A stretch of DNA of 64,000 bases. It comes from Octopus vulgaris. Taxonomy: Eukaryota. The notes beneath the pieces were generated by a model that saw only the letters and a program-made list of their open reading frames with translations, did not search any database and was not told the origin of the DNA. Where the stretch lies: contig OX597825.1 in NCBI GenBank assembly GCA_951406725.2, positions 13,392,001 to 13,456,000 on the forward strand, given 5' to 3'. Positions 28,165 through 42,477 of the stretch are shown in pieces (within the stretch, counting starts at the first letter, position 1; each line of letters opens with the position of its first letter). The translations under genes were made by a program, and so were the position numbers.

Positions 28165-28165
<1 letters not shown>

Positions 28166-28350
28166 ATCTTTTTTTTTTAAGTGTTTCTGTGATACACGAT
28201 TCCTTTTTTTATTTTATTTTCTTCTTCTCTCGATCCCTTTTGATCGAAATCTTACATTTATTTTCCTTTTTCTTCCACCCTCGAAAAGAAAAGCTCTACA
28301 TTTGTATTTGTCCCCTCTGTATTCAGCCCTGTGTGGCTAATAAAAGAAAG
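28165..28350 (+). mobile_element. 5'-truncated Tx1-like LINE 3' UTR inserted in (TCTA)n
   Basis: cgatcccttttgatcgaaa..gaaaagaaaagctctacatttgtatttgtcccctctgtattcagccctgtgtggctaataaaagaaag matches 62940-63113; (TCTA)n on both sides. Confidence 0.85.
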
Positions 28351-28415
<65 letters not shown>

Positions 28416-28675
28416 CTGCTAGCTATCTATATATCTGGCTATCTATCTATCTGTCTTTCTATCTATCTAGCTATCTATCTATACACACACAGACACACAC
28501 GTACACACACACATATATATATAGGTATCTGTGAGTCTAGTTACACATTTATTTAGCTTTACGTATGTGAGTGTATGTAAAAAGAAAAAACTCATTACAT
28601 AATTTAGAGTAGAAAAATAATTCATTGGCACGAACCGCTAATCAGAGGAGTCACTGCAACTCGTCGCTGAATATC

Positions 28676-28732
<57 letters not shown>

Positions 28733-28828
28733 TCAGACATATACTACATATGTATGTGTCGATTTCCCTCCGTCTGTCAATCTCAATTCGTTGTTCTCAC
28801 TATACGTATGTCTGTCTATCCATTTATG

Positions 28829-28861
<33 letters not shown>

Positions 28862-28973
28862 CTGTCTATCAATTTGCTTATCTAATCTATCTGTCTATCT
28901 CTCCGTCTGTCAGACTGTCTGTCTGACTGTCTGTATTGTCCCCTCTGTGTTCGGCCCTGCGTGGTTAAAAAAG

Positions 28974-29008
<35 letters not shown>

Positions 29009-29069
29009 GTACATATATATATATATATATCTGTCTGTCTATCTATCTTTCAATCTATCTTTCAGTCTC

Positions 29070-29100
<31 letters not shown>

Positions 29101-29123
29101 TTCTATCTATCTATCTATCTATC

Positions 29124-29287
29124 TTTTGCTTCTTTTCCCTTTTTTTCTTTTTTTTCTTTTTTCCCTTTTACGATCCCTTTTGATCGAAAACCTACGCCAC
29201 TTTTTTTTTTCTTCATCCCCCAAAAGAAAAGCTCTACCTTGTAATTTGTCCCATCTGTGTGCAGCCCTGTGTGGCCAATAAAGAAAC
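29124..29287 (+). mobile_element. 5'-truncated Tx1-like LINE 3' UTR inserted in (TCTA)n
   Basis: Same 3' UTR motifs ending gccctgtgtggccaataaagaaac; (TCTA)n on both sides; a ~40-bp tail-only copy also lies at 28933-28975. Confidence 0.85.
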
Positions 29288-29775
29288 TTATCTATCTATC
29301 TATCCATCCATCCATCCATCTATCTACCTATTAACATATGTGACTCTCAATGTACCCCAATTTTGGTACTATTTCACGAGTACGTCAGCACGGTTATGCA
29401 TGAAACTATACACGCACACACACCTACATACACACATGCACACGAACACTCACACAAACACACACACACATACACACAAATACACACACACACTGGCACA
29501 TGGCGTGTGTGGTTCTGGAATCGCACATGTGCAACATACGATGCTGCACATCGTATGTTGCACGTCTCTTAGTACGATTTAAGTAATTCCTACAACCATA
29601 CACACGTACAACGATGCACAACCTATATATATATATATATATATACATGTGTGTTAAAACATACATACTTATAAACAAGTGCGCGCGAGCACACACACGC
29701 GTACACACACGCATATACGCTCAGTTCACATATATACGTAGGTATATGCTAATATGTGGTGTATATATGTATGTG

Positions 29776-29806
<31 letters not shown>

Positions 29807-30120
29807 ATGTGTGTAATTATAAAGTCTGTTTGTTTATATATCGGTGAATGACCACATTGAGTCTTTTATTTTTGTGCGTATGTGTGTGAGGGAGAGAGAG
29901 AGAAAATCAAACAGAGAGAGAGAGTGAGAGAGAAAGTCAAACAGAGAGAGAGAGAGTGAGAGAGAAAGTCAAACAGAGAGAGAGAGAGTGTGTGTGCGTG
30001 TGTGTGTCTTCCTATGTATATAAGCAGCTATTTCTGTCTCTCTCTCTCTCCTCTCATGCGCACATACACAAATACATATACATATATACATACTCACAGA
30101 TATATATGAATGTATGTATG

Positions 30121-30151
<31 letters not shown>

Positions 30152-30172
30152 GTATGTATGTATGTATATATG

Positions 30173-30203
<31 letters not shown>

Positions 30204-30204
30204 G

Positions 30205-30265
<61 letters not shown>

Positions 30266-31194
30266 TTATATATACGTATGAATGCATATATAAGAAAGGA
30301 AAAATAAAAAATGTATGAATATATATGTGTGCGTATGTGTGTATGTGTGCGTATGTATTATATTATATATATATTATATATATATGAGCGTGTGTGTGTC
30401 TGTGTATACTTGGAAAAGGATGCGTGGCGTTCGATCATATAATAATATTAATAATATATAAATATATAAATAATATATATACACACACACACAACATTCA
30501 TATATGTGTGTATGTGTTTATATATATATATATGCATGCGTTCATTCTTTAGCAGATTTCCCATTAATTGAACGACGGCCTAGATGGAGCTTCATCAATC
30601 ATTAATATCCGAATGTTTTATCGATTAAAACGATGCAAGTTCCTATATTAATCATAATTATTTCATCGATCTTGCAAGTTTGTTGGATCGCTAAGTTACG
30701 CAACCTTAAGGAACACAATGTGTGCACATACAACACACACACACACACACACGTGCACATATGCATATACGTACACACACACCATCGCGCTTGCACGTGT
30801 TGGTGGGGGGAGGAAAAGGGGTTTTGTCAACAAAATTTTACAGTAGGAAACATGTGACTTCGTTGCCCTGTATTTTGGGATCGAACTAGAAAAAAATACG
30901 AAGTTCCCATTTGTACGTCTAAGCTACACGGCTATATCCGTACATCTATCTATCTATATCTGTCTATCTATCTTTATGTATGTATGTATGTATGTATGTA
31001 TGTATGTATGTATGTATGTATGTATGTATGTATGTCTGGCTGTCTGTCTATCTATCTATCCATCTGTCTGTCTGTCTATCTATCTATCCATCTGTTTGTC
31101 TATCTATCTATCCATCTGTCTGTCTGTCTGTCTATCTATCTATCCATCTGTCTGTCTGTCTATCTATCCATCTGTCTGTCTGTCTATCTATCTA

Positions 31195-31226
<32 letters not shown>

Positions 31227-32029
31227 TCTATTTGTCTGTCTGTATGTCTGTCGATCTAAATATCTGTCTGTCTATACATCTATCTATTAATCTTGCTCTA
31301 TAGATGTACGTACGTACGAATGCATGTATGTACGTACGAATGTATGTATGTATGTACGTACGAATGTATGTATATGTACGTACGAATGTATGTATATACG
31401 TACGTATGTATATTTGTATGTATGTATGTACGTACGAATGAATGTATATGTATGTATGTATGTATATGTACGTACGTATGTATGTATGTATGTACGTACG
31501 TACGAATGTATGTATGCATATTACGTATATATCTATGTATAAACTACGTACGTACGTACGAATGATATGTACGTATTATGTACGTACGGAGAGGAATGAG
31601 AGAAGAAGAAAGAGAGAGAGAGGCAAAAGAAGACAAAAGCATCGGATCGACATGCGTGTGTGCATGTGTAAAAGAACATACACAGACACACGTGTTGGTA
31701 AGTGTGTGTGTGTGACAGTCGACATTTGTTTGCAGGCTTGTCTGTCTTCTGTAGTAAATACACACACGGCTAAGTGTATGCATGTGTGTGTGTGTGTGTG
31801 TGTGTGTATACATGCGTACATATATATATACATATATATATATTTGTATATATGCGAGTGTGTATTGTATGTACACATACATACATGTCTTTTTTTCGTC
31901 AATACCTATATTATTTATTGACATCCATCTTCCTACGCCCCATTTTCTCTGTCACACCTGCATACAGACAAACAGACAGAAAACTTTGTTGGTAGGTAGG
32001 TAGGTAGGTAGGTGGATAAGTAGACAGAC

Positions 32030-32100
<71 letters not shown>

Positions 32101-32198
32101 CATACATTTAAATATGCATATACACACACACACATACATCGACACAGGTACACATATTCAAAATATGTGTTTATGCAAGAGATCTATGTATGCATATA

Positions 32199-32304
<106 letters not shown>

Positions 32305-32534
32305 TATGTATATGCACATACATACACAAGGTAGTGCAAATACAGGTGCAAAGTTACCTGAAAAGAAAATACGAACAATACACATTTATTTTTATCAAAA
32401 AAATTAAAAGTTACGATAAAAGTTTTATAATTAATGACGCTGACAATATCAAAAATGAGGCTAACTAATCTAATGTGCAAAATAATTTTAACGCTGATAA
32501 GATCCCTGCTGTATACCTACTGTACACACACCCT

Positions 32535-32578
<44 letters not shown>

Positions 32579-32974
32579 GCATATATATAAAGCAAATGAG
32601 GAGGAACTCATGTTCCATGCATACTGGTGCACAGATATGTAAAATAATTTATTGTGCACTGAAAGTATTATTATATGATGAAAGCTACGAAACGGCTGTC
32701 ATCCTACGGTTATATCAAATGGTGAAACAAATATTTTCATCTGTCATTCCTTCCGACTTTTTATATTCAATATATATTCCTCGTGAAGCAATTTCATATA
32801 TTGGATCAAGTGGTATATCAACGGCATAAGATTCAGCATCACACTCTTCCGTATTGGGTTACCATGTCGTATGGTACCTGGGTCGTCTGAAGGAACTTTT
32901 CTGTGATTACCATTGGATTCTACGAATCCATATATTGCACTGCAAATATATATATATATATATATGCATATATA

Positions 32975-33352
32975 TTCTTTTATTTGTTTCAGTCATTTGA
33001 CTGCGGCCATGTTGGAGCACTGCCTTTGGTCGAACAAATCGACCCCAGGACTTAATCTTTGTAAGCCTGGTACTAATTCTATTGGTCTATTTTGCCGAAC
33101 CGTTAAGTTACGGGGACGTAAACACGCCAGCATCGGTTGTGAAGCGATGTTAGAGTGACAAACACAGACATTCAAACATATATATGCATATATACGACGG
33201 GGTTCTTTCAGTTTCCATCAACCAAATCCACTCACAAAGCTTTGGTCGGCCCGAGGCTATAATAGAAAACACTTGCCCAGGGTGCCACGCAGTGGAACTG
33301 AACCTGTAACCATGTGGTTGGTAAACAAGCTACTCACCACACAGCCATTCCT
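32975..33352 (-). mobile_element. Family-B SINE
   Basis: Tail cagtcatttgactgcggccatgttggagcac through head ..aagctactcaccacacagccattcc. Confidence 0.9.
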
Positions 33353-33566
33353 ACTTAGATAAACTTAGATATTTTTCGACCAAAGATTGGTCCAGACCAT
33401 GTCCAACTTAATAGCACCACCTGATAGGATTATCTAAATTTTGTTTAAGTCAAGTTTTGCGGTATCGTGTTCCATTCAAGTAGGGAGTTCTTGTTGAGTG
33501 AGTTGTGTCCAGGTATGGCAAAAATGTCATTCGTAACTCGCTGGAACCTACGAATGACATTTTTGA

Positions 33567-33710
33567 GGACGACTTTGCCTTTCATCCTTTCGGGGTCGAT
33601 AAATTAAGTACCAGTTACGCACTGGGGTCGATATAATCGACTTAATTCGTTTGTCTGTCCTTGTTTGTCCTCTCTGTGTTTAGCCCCTTGTGGGTAGTAA
33701 AGAAATAGGT
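33567..33710 (+). mobile_element. 5'-truncated family-A SINE (core + tail-1)
   Basis: gactttgcctttcatcctttcggggtcgataaattaagtacc..gccccttgtgggtagtaaagaaat. Confidence 0.9.
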
Positions 33711-34274
33711 ATGGGTGGCTTATCTGGTATTCCTTGAAGAAATATATATACACACACACATATGAATGCATTATGTACAAGCATACACGCATACGTAATA
33801 CATACATAAATACACACACACATGCACACATACACACACACGTGTATGTCGAATCCGCTGCGTGGAAACTTAGATAACAATCGCGTTTCGTAACCTCAGA
33901 TCGATTTAATCACTCTATAAGTGAATTTGGTTTGTCGGAATTTTAGCTGTCATTCAAAGAACCATCCTAATGCTTATAACATTGCGGAAAATGGAATCAT
34001 CGTTGGGAAAGTACATGAAGGTTGTCTGTGAAAATACTCAACGGCTTCGACTAAAACTGGTCGATTGGTTGAATGACACAGGGATATTCTTCGTTGTTGG
34101 AAATCTACGGGGTTCCATGCGTATGTGTGTGTGTGTGTGTGTTTGATGTATTTTCATTTTGGTTTAGCAGAATCATAATACACACGCACAGACACACACA
34201 CAAACACATACAGGCACATACATACACACGTGCAGAAAGATAAACTGACAGACAAGATAGATAGACAGACAGAT

Positions 34275-34347
<73 letters not shown>

Positions 34348-34348
<1 letters not shown>

Positions 34349-34510
34349 TTTTTTTATTGCCCACAAAGGGCTAAACATAGGACAAAGACAGACAAAGGGA
34401 TTAAGTCGATTACATCGACCCCAGTGCGTAACTGATACTTTATTTATCGACCCCGAAAGGATGAAAGGCAAAGTCGACCTCGGCGGAATTCAAACTCAGA
34501 ACGTAGCGGC

Positions 34511-34512
<2 letters not shown>
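34348..34512 (-). mobile_element. Family-A SINE with tail-1 abutting (GATA)n
   Basis: (GATA)n-tttttattgcccacaaagggctaaaca..gaaaggatgaaaggcaaagtcgacctcggcgg..-(GACA)n(GATA)n. Confidence 0.9.
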
Positions 34513-34549
<37 letters not shown>

Positions 34550-34688
34550 TAGATAAATAGATAGATAGATAGATAGATAGATATATGAATTCGTATATCT
34601 GCGTGTGTATAACCGTGTGCTCATGTATGTGTGTTTGTATGTGTATGCGTGCGTCGCGTATGTGTGAGCGTGTGCGTGCGTTTATGCG

Positions 34689-34728
<40 letters not shown>

Positions 34729-35393
34729 CGCGCGCGTGGTTGTGCGCGTGCGCGTTTATTTACATTCGTAATCTGTATTACTGCAAATAAAACATTTCCC
34801 TTTAGTTTTCACTGGAAAGGTTGAGTGTGAATGCCAGTATTTTCGAACGCTATACTCTTTCATTCTTTCATTCCCTCATTCCTTCATTCACTTATTCTTT
34901 CATTCATTCATTTATTATATTTTCTTCCTCCATTCACATCTTACTTCCCTCCTTTCATTTATCCATTTTTCCCAACGCCTCGATTCTGCTTTTGGTGCCA
35001 AGCAAGCCTCGTAACAACCAAAGCGAAATCCAAATAAATATTGTTTGCTGTATTCGAGAAATCCTTTGGGATTTTTTTCGTTATTTCCATCTAAATAAAC
35101 GAAATAACAAAAAGAAAAAAATACTAATTCAAACAATATTCTAAGAAATAAAACACAGCGTTGTGTGCTCCAGCATGACCATTTCCTAGTTGCTGGAACC
35201 AGTAGAAAGAGTGAAGATTTTCTTCTTCTAACCGCTTTAGTGCTGCACACTGGCCACTGTCCACCCGGTGGAGCACATTACGCTTGTTTTTATTATTTTC
35301 TTTCTCAATCGAACACGGTTTGCGGGAGAACCTCTACGTGGTTGCTTGGATAACTCGAAAGAGCAGTCAAATCCCCGATTTACAAACCCAATG

Positions 35394-35440
<47 letters not shown>

Positions 35441-35519
35441 GTCCGTCCGTCTGTCTGTCTGTCTGTCTGTCTGTCTCCCTATCTATCTGTCTGTCTGTCT
35501 GTGTGTCTGTCTCTGTGTG

Positions 35520-35561
<42 letters not shown>

Positions 35562-35829
35562 TCTATCTTGTCTGTCTGTCTCTCTATATGTCTATATATC
35601 TCTCTCTCTCACTCACTGTCTATATATGTGTGTGTGTGTGTGTGCGTGTGAAAGCCACTAGAAAATGTTCCACATTACTTTCAAAAAGAATGGATAGGCA
35701 CGACAGGAACGGCCTTAATCACAGGCTTGTGCAGGACCTTTAAAGAAAGCATAAATATGCACGACTCTGCGAGGGAGGTGGCGATGATGGTGATGGTGAT
35801 GAAAATGGAGATGGTAATGATATTTGTCG

Positions 35830-35903
<74 letters not shown>

Positions 35904-36201
35904 GTGATGAAGAGAGTGTGAAACGAAATAGGGGGGAAGTAACAGGAATAACCACAACATCAACAACAACAATATCAACAACGAACATGTTTAACACACA
36001 ATAACGACTCCAACAGTAACAAGAACAACGAAATACACACACACACACACACATACACGTATATGTATGTACGAAACATAAACCTCACCTCGAGGGAGAT
36101 ACGAGCTGAATGTCTAATATGTAAGAAATAGCAGCCAAATGTCCCTGAAAACCATCCCAAAATAAGGAGCGTAAACATTAGATATATTTTCTTTTAGCCA
36201 C

Positions 36202-36380
36202 AGGCGAAGGAGTGGCTGTGTGGTAAGTAGTTTGCTTACCAACCACATGGTTCCGGGTTCAGTCCTACTGTGTGGCACCTTGGGCGAGTGTCTTCTACTA
36301 TAGCCTCGGGCCGACCAAAGCCTTGTGAGTGGATTTGGTAGACGGAAACTGAAAGAAGCCCGTCATATATATATGTATAC

Positions 36381-36475
<95 letters not shown>

Positions 36476-36685
36476 GTGTATCTGTGTTTGTCCCCCCAAC
36501 ATCGCTTGATAACCGATGCTGGTGTTTTTACGTCCCCGTAACTTAGCGGTTCGGCAGAAAGAGGCTCGATAGAATAAGGACTAGGCTTACAACGAAGAAT
36601 AAGTCCTGGGGGTCTATTTGATTCGGCTAAAGGCCTGTGCTCCAGCATGGCCGCGGTCAAATGACCTGAAACAACTAAAAGAGAA
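36202..36685 (+). mobile_element. Full-length family-B SINE with internal (TG)n
   Basis: ggcgaaggagtggctgtgtggtaagtagtttgc.. to ..ccagcatggccgcggtcaaatgacctgaaac. Confidence 0.92.
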
Positions 36686-37178
36686 CAGATGTCTCTGGAA
36701 AAACATGGCTATGTCATGCGGGTGAATGATTTTCGATCATGGATTTGTGCCACTGCGATCGACCCGGGGTTAAATGATGACAGCGACGATGACAACGATG
36801 ACGATATCACTAACAACAATAACAATTAACGATGACAGAATTCTCGCTGTTACCAATTTTTGTGTTGTAGAATAGATTATCACACATGTTCTTTCGTGGT
36901 CTCCGCTCCAAATAAATACTCGGCCGTGTACGAAGGAAGGAAACCAGCGCGCAAGCGCTCACTGAGATACACACGCACTCAGGTACGCACGCACGCACGC
37001 AGACACACATGCATATAGGCGTTTGTGTGTGTGTTTGTGTGTGAGTGCGCTGTGTTTTCATATCTGTTTAATACGTGATGCTGTGAGTACATGTATGTGT
37101 ATGCATATATTTATGATTCTATATTGTATCCGAGGAGCGTATGTACGTATGCATCTAGTTTATCGATCGATACATATT

Positions 37179-37240
<62 letters not shown>

Positions 37241-37282
37241 CTGTATGTTATATACACACATGTAATATATACTTATGCAAAT

Positions 37283-37332
<50 letters not shown>

Positions 37333-37368
37333 GTATATATTTCGTAAACTTTCCCTTTATATATATAT

Positions 37369-37744
37369 ACTAGCAGTATCGCCCGGCGTTGCTCAGGTTT
37401 GTAAGGGAAATAACTATAAAGCATTTTTAGAGAGTTATAGCCCAAAAATATAAAAAAAAATGGAAAAAAAATGATGGTAAATTTTTTTGAGAGTAAAAAA
37501 AGGTGGAGTTGCGTCCCCTAGACAGTTTACGGTTTGTGTTTCTAATTCTCGACCCCATGTCGAATTTATCGATTTTGTTCAGAACTGGGGGAACTTTTCA
37601 AAATTTTCGCTGCGTTAGTTTTGAATTATGACATTGGGCTATGTGTGTGTCAAGTTTCATCAGAATCGGTTGAAAGCCGTGGTCAGGGTGAGGGTACAAG
37701 CAAACAGACACACAGAAACACGCACAGACAAACTGCCGTTTATA

Positions 37745-37748
<4 letters not shown>
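37369..37748 (+). mobile_element. Non-autonomous Helentron/HINE-like element in (TA)n
   Basis: Same 5' end as 11275; different interior; ends acagacaaactgccgtttatatagat. Confidence 0.65.
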
Positions 37749-37782
<34 letters not shown>

Positions 37783-37795
37783 TATACAAAATTAT

Positions 37796-37887
37796 AATAG
37801 CAGTCAAAACTTGACTCTAAAACCACATTAAATGTTCATATATATGAACATTTAATGTGGTTTTAGAGTCAAGTTTTGACTGCTATT
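37796..37887. repeat. Perfect 92-bp spacerless palindrome
   Basis: 37796-37841 is the exact reverse complement of 37842-37887, centred on catatatatg. Confidence 0.97.
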
Positions 37888-38016
37888 TCCAGCGTGGAGG
37901 TATCTCTTAGATACCCTAAATTATAATTTTAAATAATTATTACCTTTGAAAGGTTTTTATTCTCATGCTGTCATGCTGACCACCTTATAAGATCGGTATT
38001 TAAATACTGATTGTAT

Positions 38017-38080
<64 letters not shown>

Positions 38081-38084
38081 CTAA

Positions 38085-38171
<87 letters not shown>

Positions 38172-38914
38172 TATTTTCAAAAATATATACACATGTATGC
38201 TTATATGTATTATATGCTTATATACATACATACATACATACATACATATTTGTATATATATATATACATACATACACACACATATATAAACATGCATGTG
38301 TACCTATACGTATATTGACATTATTTACGTATTTATATATACAAATGTACTCATACATAAACATATATGAACATATACATATATAAACACTTACATACAT
38401 GTGTGTACATACATATACACATATGTACGTGTGTGTCTGTATGTATGTACATACACGTGTGTATGTGTGTATGTACGTACATGTGTGTATGTGTGTGTGT
38501 ATGTATGTGTAGATAGCAGAGAAAGCAAGACGAAGCAGCCACCAATCCAATTGGTAAGCGATTCGTTAATTTACAAAATCAATCCGGTTTACATCGTTAG
38601 ACAGATCGATAGGTTCCAAAGTTGAAATAAAGACAATTCAGACTGCAGTGATTGGAATGTAGAGAGAAGAACAGACAGATCGATGATACGCAGAGTATAT
38701 ATGTAAGCATGTTTGTCTTCGTTTGCATATGTGTACAAACATGCATACATACATATATATATATATGCATGTATGTATGTGTGTGTGTGTGTGCATGTGA
38801 ATATTAAGAATACGTCTGAAACAGCTGTAGTGAACTCGAGCTCATCTGTGTGAGATATATATTATACATATATAGGAAGCTAGCTAGATCAAATAATCTA
38901 CATATATCTGCAAA

Positions 38915-38964
<50 letters not shown>

Positions 38965-39037
38965 CATTCTCTCTCTCTCTTTCTATATATATATATTTCC
39001 ATTTATACACCCCCACACACACACACACATATATATA

Positions 39038-39232
39038 TAGGGAGAATTCACAAAAACCAAAAGGTGAAGACAGGTGGTGTAGACAACAAACAGATGTATT
39101 GGTATAACGCTCGGGAAGCGAAAAAGTCTTTAACGTTTCGAGCCTACGCTCTTCCACAGAAAGGAACACAGAAAGAAACAAATATAGAAAAGAATGTGTA
39201 GTGGCTAGCGATCTATCGTGGCGAATGCCGGA
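39038..39232 (-). mobile_element. Short hammerhead-like element (family P2) between (TA)n and (TATG)n
   Basis: Minus-strand motif at 39128-39163: cttt-CTGTGGA-a-gagc-gtag-gctc-GAAAC-GTT-aaag (non-canonical core); homologous to 44403-44612. Confidence 0.7.
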
Positions 39233-39265
<33 letters not shown>

Positions 39266-39450
39266 TGTATGTATGTATGTATGTATGTATGTATGTATGT
39301 ATGCACGTACGTACGTATGTATGTATGTATGCATGTATGTATGTATGTATGTATGTATGTATGTATGTATGTATGTATGTATATCTATGTATATGTATAT
39401 ATATGCATATATATACATATATATATGCACACATACACACATATGAACTG

Positions 39451-39511
<61 letters not shown>

Positions 39512-40555
39512 ATGTATATGTGTGTTCGTGTATGCGTTTGTTTCACTCATTCACCCACCTCTTGACAGCCAGTGTTAGTTTGTTTACGGTTCCGTAACTT
39601 TGCGGTTCACCAAAAAAAAAAAAGAAACACAGATCGAGTAAGTACCAGAAGCTTAAATAAAATCTTTTTTTTTTCTTTTATAAATAAGTACTGAACTCAA
39701 TTCATTCAACTAAAATCATTCCAGACGTTGCCCCAGCAGGGCCGCAGTCCAAAGAATGAAACAAGTAAGAGAATCAAAGAACAAACAGCTAGTTGCCTAA
39801 TAATGTCTAGACAGACGACGCTTTTTTAAGGAATATGGAACACGATTAGTCTTATTAGCGCCATCATTGAAATAAACGTGTGAGTGTGTGCGCATGCGTC
39901 GTCAAGTCTCTTACGCCATGTCCTACATTTGTCGTCTTTTCTGGGCTACGCCAAACGAAATTTTTTTGCGAAAAGTTATCTCTCCCGTTTTAATATCTCG
40001 TTTATAGTATATCGAGTCTATGTTTCGTCTCTGTAGGTTTCTTACCTGTCTGCGTATCTTCCGGCCTAACTACCTACCCACGTCACAATCTATCTAACTT
40101 CTCACTTACCCACCTATCTACCTACACAAACATACCTTCTTAAACTACCACCCGTCTTTCTATCCATCTTTATACCTGCCAGTCTGTCTTTTTTTTTCTT
40201 TTCGTTATTATTATTATTTACCTGTTACCTGTCTTTAAAACTAGTTGGCAATCTGCCCACCTTTCCCCGACGACCTACCTTTCACTATTTCATGCAATTA
40301 TTTTGACCTTCTTTTCTTACGTGATTTGTTTTACAGATGCGAACTGGTTATCATCATCATCATCATCATCATCACCATCACCACTACCATCATCCTCATC
40401 AACATCATCATCATCATCATAGAATTCACCGTCATCATCATCATTGTCGTCGCCATAATCTTCCTGATCGTCGTGTTTGTCGTCGTCATCATCATTTTCA
40501 TCACCAACATCATCAGCCTATCACATTTGTCGTTATTTTTATCGTCACTGTAATC

Positions 40556-40604
<49 letters not shown>

Positions 40605-40669
40605 CACAGCACAACACACATACTACAAATATATATATATATACAGTTGAAACATTTCTGTCACAACCT

Positions 40670-40713
40670 GGGACCTTGAAGACTGCTTAAATGCAAGAAA
40701 GTATACTAGTCCC
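40670..40713 (+). ncRNA. Variant type I hammerhead motif (CUUGAAGA core, CUA triplet)
   Basis: gggac-CTTGAAGA-c-tgc-ttaaat-gca-a-GAAAG-tata-CTA-gtccc; 5-bp stem I, palindromic stem III agtatact. Confidence 0.65.
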
Positions 40714-40914
40714 TTAATATTTGATATTCAACATTTCATCCATTCAATAAGACAATCAATACTTCATTTCATTATACTATATATACTATCTATACTATAT
40801 ATTCTATATTCTGTATTAATATTGTAAGAATATAAATAAAACATAAAAAACAGACAGAGTTGGAATTCTTTTGAATAATATATATCCCTCAATACACAAT
40901 CATACAAACTCCTG

Positions 40915-41107
40915 TACCGTTGGCGAATTTTTTTCCTCTGTCTTCCCTTCTCTGGATCTTTCCTTCTCCTATGTTTCCGACGAAGAGCTCCGCTCGAAAC
41001 GTTAAACCCTCCTTCTTTCCTTCATTCCTGAGCGTCCAATAATACTACATTTGTTCTACGTCCTCGCGTTGTTGTGTTTTTTTTGTGCTTTCATGTTTGG
41101 ATTAACT
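40915..41107 (+). mobile_element. Family-P1 hammerhead-bearing element (core mutated to CCGACGA at 40977)
   Basis: Near-identical to 8166-8322 but with a longer 5' end; ends in ggattaac+(TA)n. Confidence 0.75.
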
Positions 41108-41125
41108 ATATATATATATATATAT

Positions 41126-41203
<78 letters not shown>

Positions 41204-41454
41204 GTCTGAAGATCGCAGTGTCGTGAAACGCGAATCACAAAGGGAAAAAGTTTAAGTTTAAATAAAAATGATATATATTAAAATAATACATAGGCACACA
41301 CACACAGACACGTTCAAAATACATTTATAGATAGAATTAAACATATATAAATACAAACATCTATACAAACGTTGAAGACTAATAAAACGAAGTGGTAAGA
41401 AAACAGTTGAGAATTTCTCTCGTGTGTAACCGTTTTATGTTTATCTTCTTTGTG

Positions 41455-41778
41455 GTGAGGGCGCGTGGCTTAGTGGTTAGGGCATTCGGCTCATGATCGT
41501 AAGGTTGTGAGTTCGATTCCCGGCGACGCGTTGTGTCCTTGAGCAAGACACTTTATTTCACGTTGCTCCAGTCCACTCAGCTGGCAAAAATGAGTTGTAC
41601 TTGTATTTCAAAGGGTCCCTTGTCACTCTCTGTGTCACGCTGATTATCCCCGAGAACTACGTTAAGGGTACACGTGTCTGTGGAATGCTCAGCCATTTGC
41701 ACGTTAATTTCACGAGCAAGCTGTTCCGTTGATCGTATCAGCTGGGACCCTCGTCGTCGTAACCGGCAGAGTCTTTGA
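41455..41778 (+). mobile_element. Family-D tRNA-derived CORE-type SINE (resembles octopus OR2 as recalled) with 12-bp TSD
   Basis: A-box tggcttagtgg, B-box gagttcgattcc, CORE-like gtgtccttgagcaagacact; TSD atcttctttgtg at 41443-41454 and 41779-41790. Confidence 0.9.
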
Positions 41779-42115
41779 ATCTTCTTTGTGACACCTTGGT
41801 GCTACCGTAACTTATCGTAACCTTTATTTCATCTTGTAACTCGGATGTGAAGGTCGACTCGTTGTAGTTACTGTTAGAACTTTAGTGTGACTGCATCAAA
41901 CAAACCTAGAATTGCCAGTCTTTCAGTCAGTAATACACTGATCTTTTTATATATATCTAGGCTTACATTGTTCAGTATGTCCTTCATTTTTTTAAGACAA
42001 TAGAAGTGTGATTTGTAGGTGATTAGGTTTTTATTTCTAGCAGTTCAAACAAACATATAGAACTGCCTTCTTTGCTTACAGACGTAATGCCTTAAACAAA
42101 AACATTAAAAAAGTG

Positions 42116-42345
42116 GGATCTTTTCGGTTTGAACGGCAGTTTTTAAAAATAATTTCTAGTTAACTAAGCACTTTTAAACTTCGTATACTGGTAGAATGTG
42201 TTTATAAAACATCTTTTTCTCTTGGCTTTCTTGAGAAAATTCTATAGTTTGTAAGGACTTATTCTATCGCTTTCTTTTGCCGAACCTCTAAGTTACGGGG
42301 ACGTAAACACACCAGCATCGGGTATCAAACACAGACACACAAAGA
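42116..42345. mobile_element. Left end of the GGATCTTTTCG MITE fused to a - strand family-B SINE fragment
   Basis: 42116-42255 matches 7194-7335, then switches to gacttattctatcg..gccgaacctctaagttacggggacgtaaacacacc. Confidence 0.85.
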
Positions 42346-42441
42346 TATACATATATACATACACACACACACATACATACATACATACATGCATACATAC
42401 ATACATACATACATACATACATACATACATACATACATACA

Positions 42442-42475
<34 letters not shown>

Positions 42476-42477
42476 GG

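Noticed and set aside
33370-34110. Possible additional decayed DNA-transposon coding remnants
   Set aside because: Only vague motif resemblance; I could not reconstruct a convincing frame by eye.
41455-41530. tRNA-like sequences at SINE heads (also 55516, 56180-56249, 58003)
   Set aside because: They have A/B boxes but no complete acceptor stem and continue into SINE bodies with TSDs; not tRNA genes.
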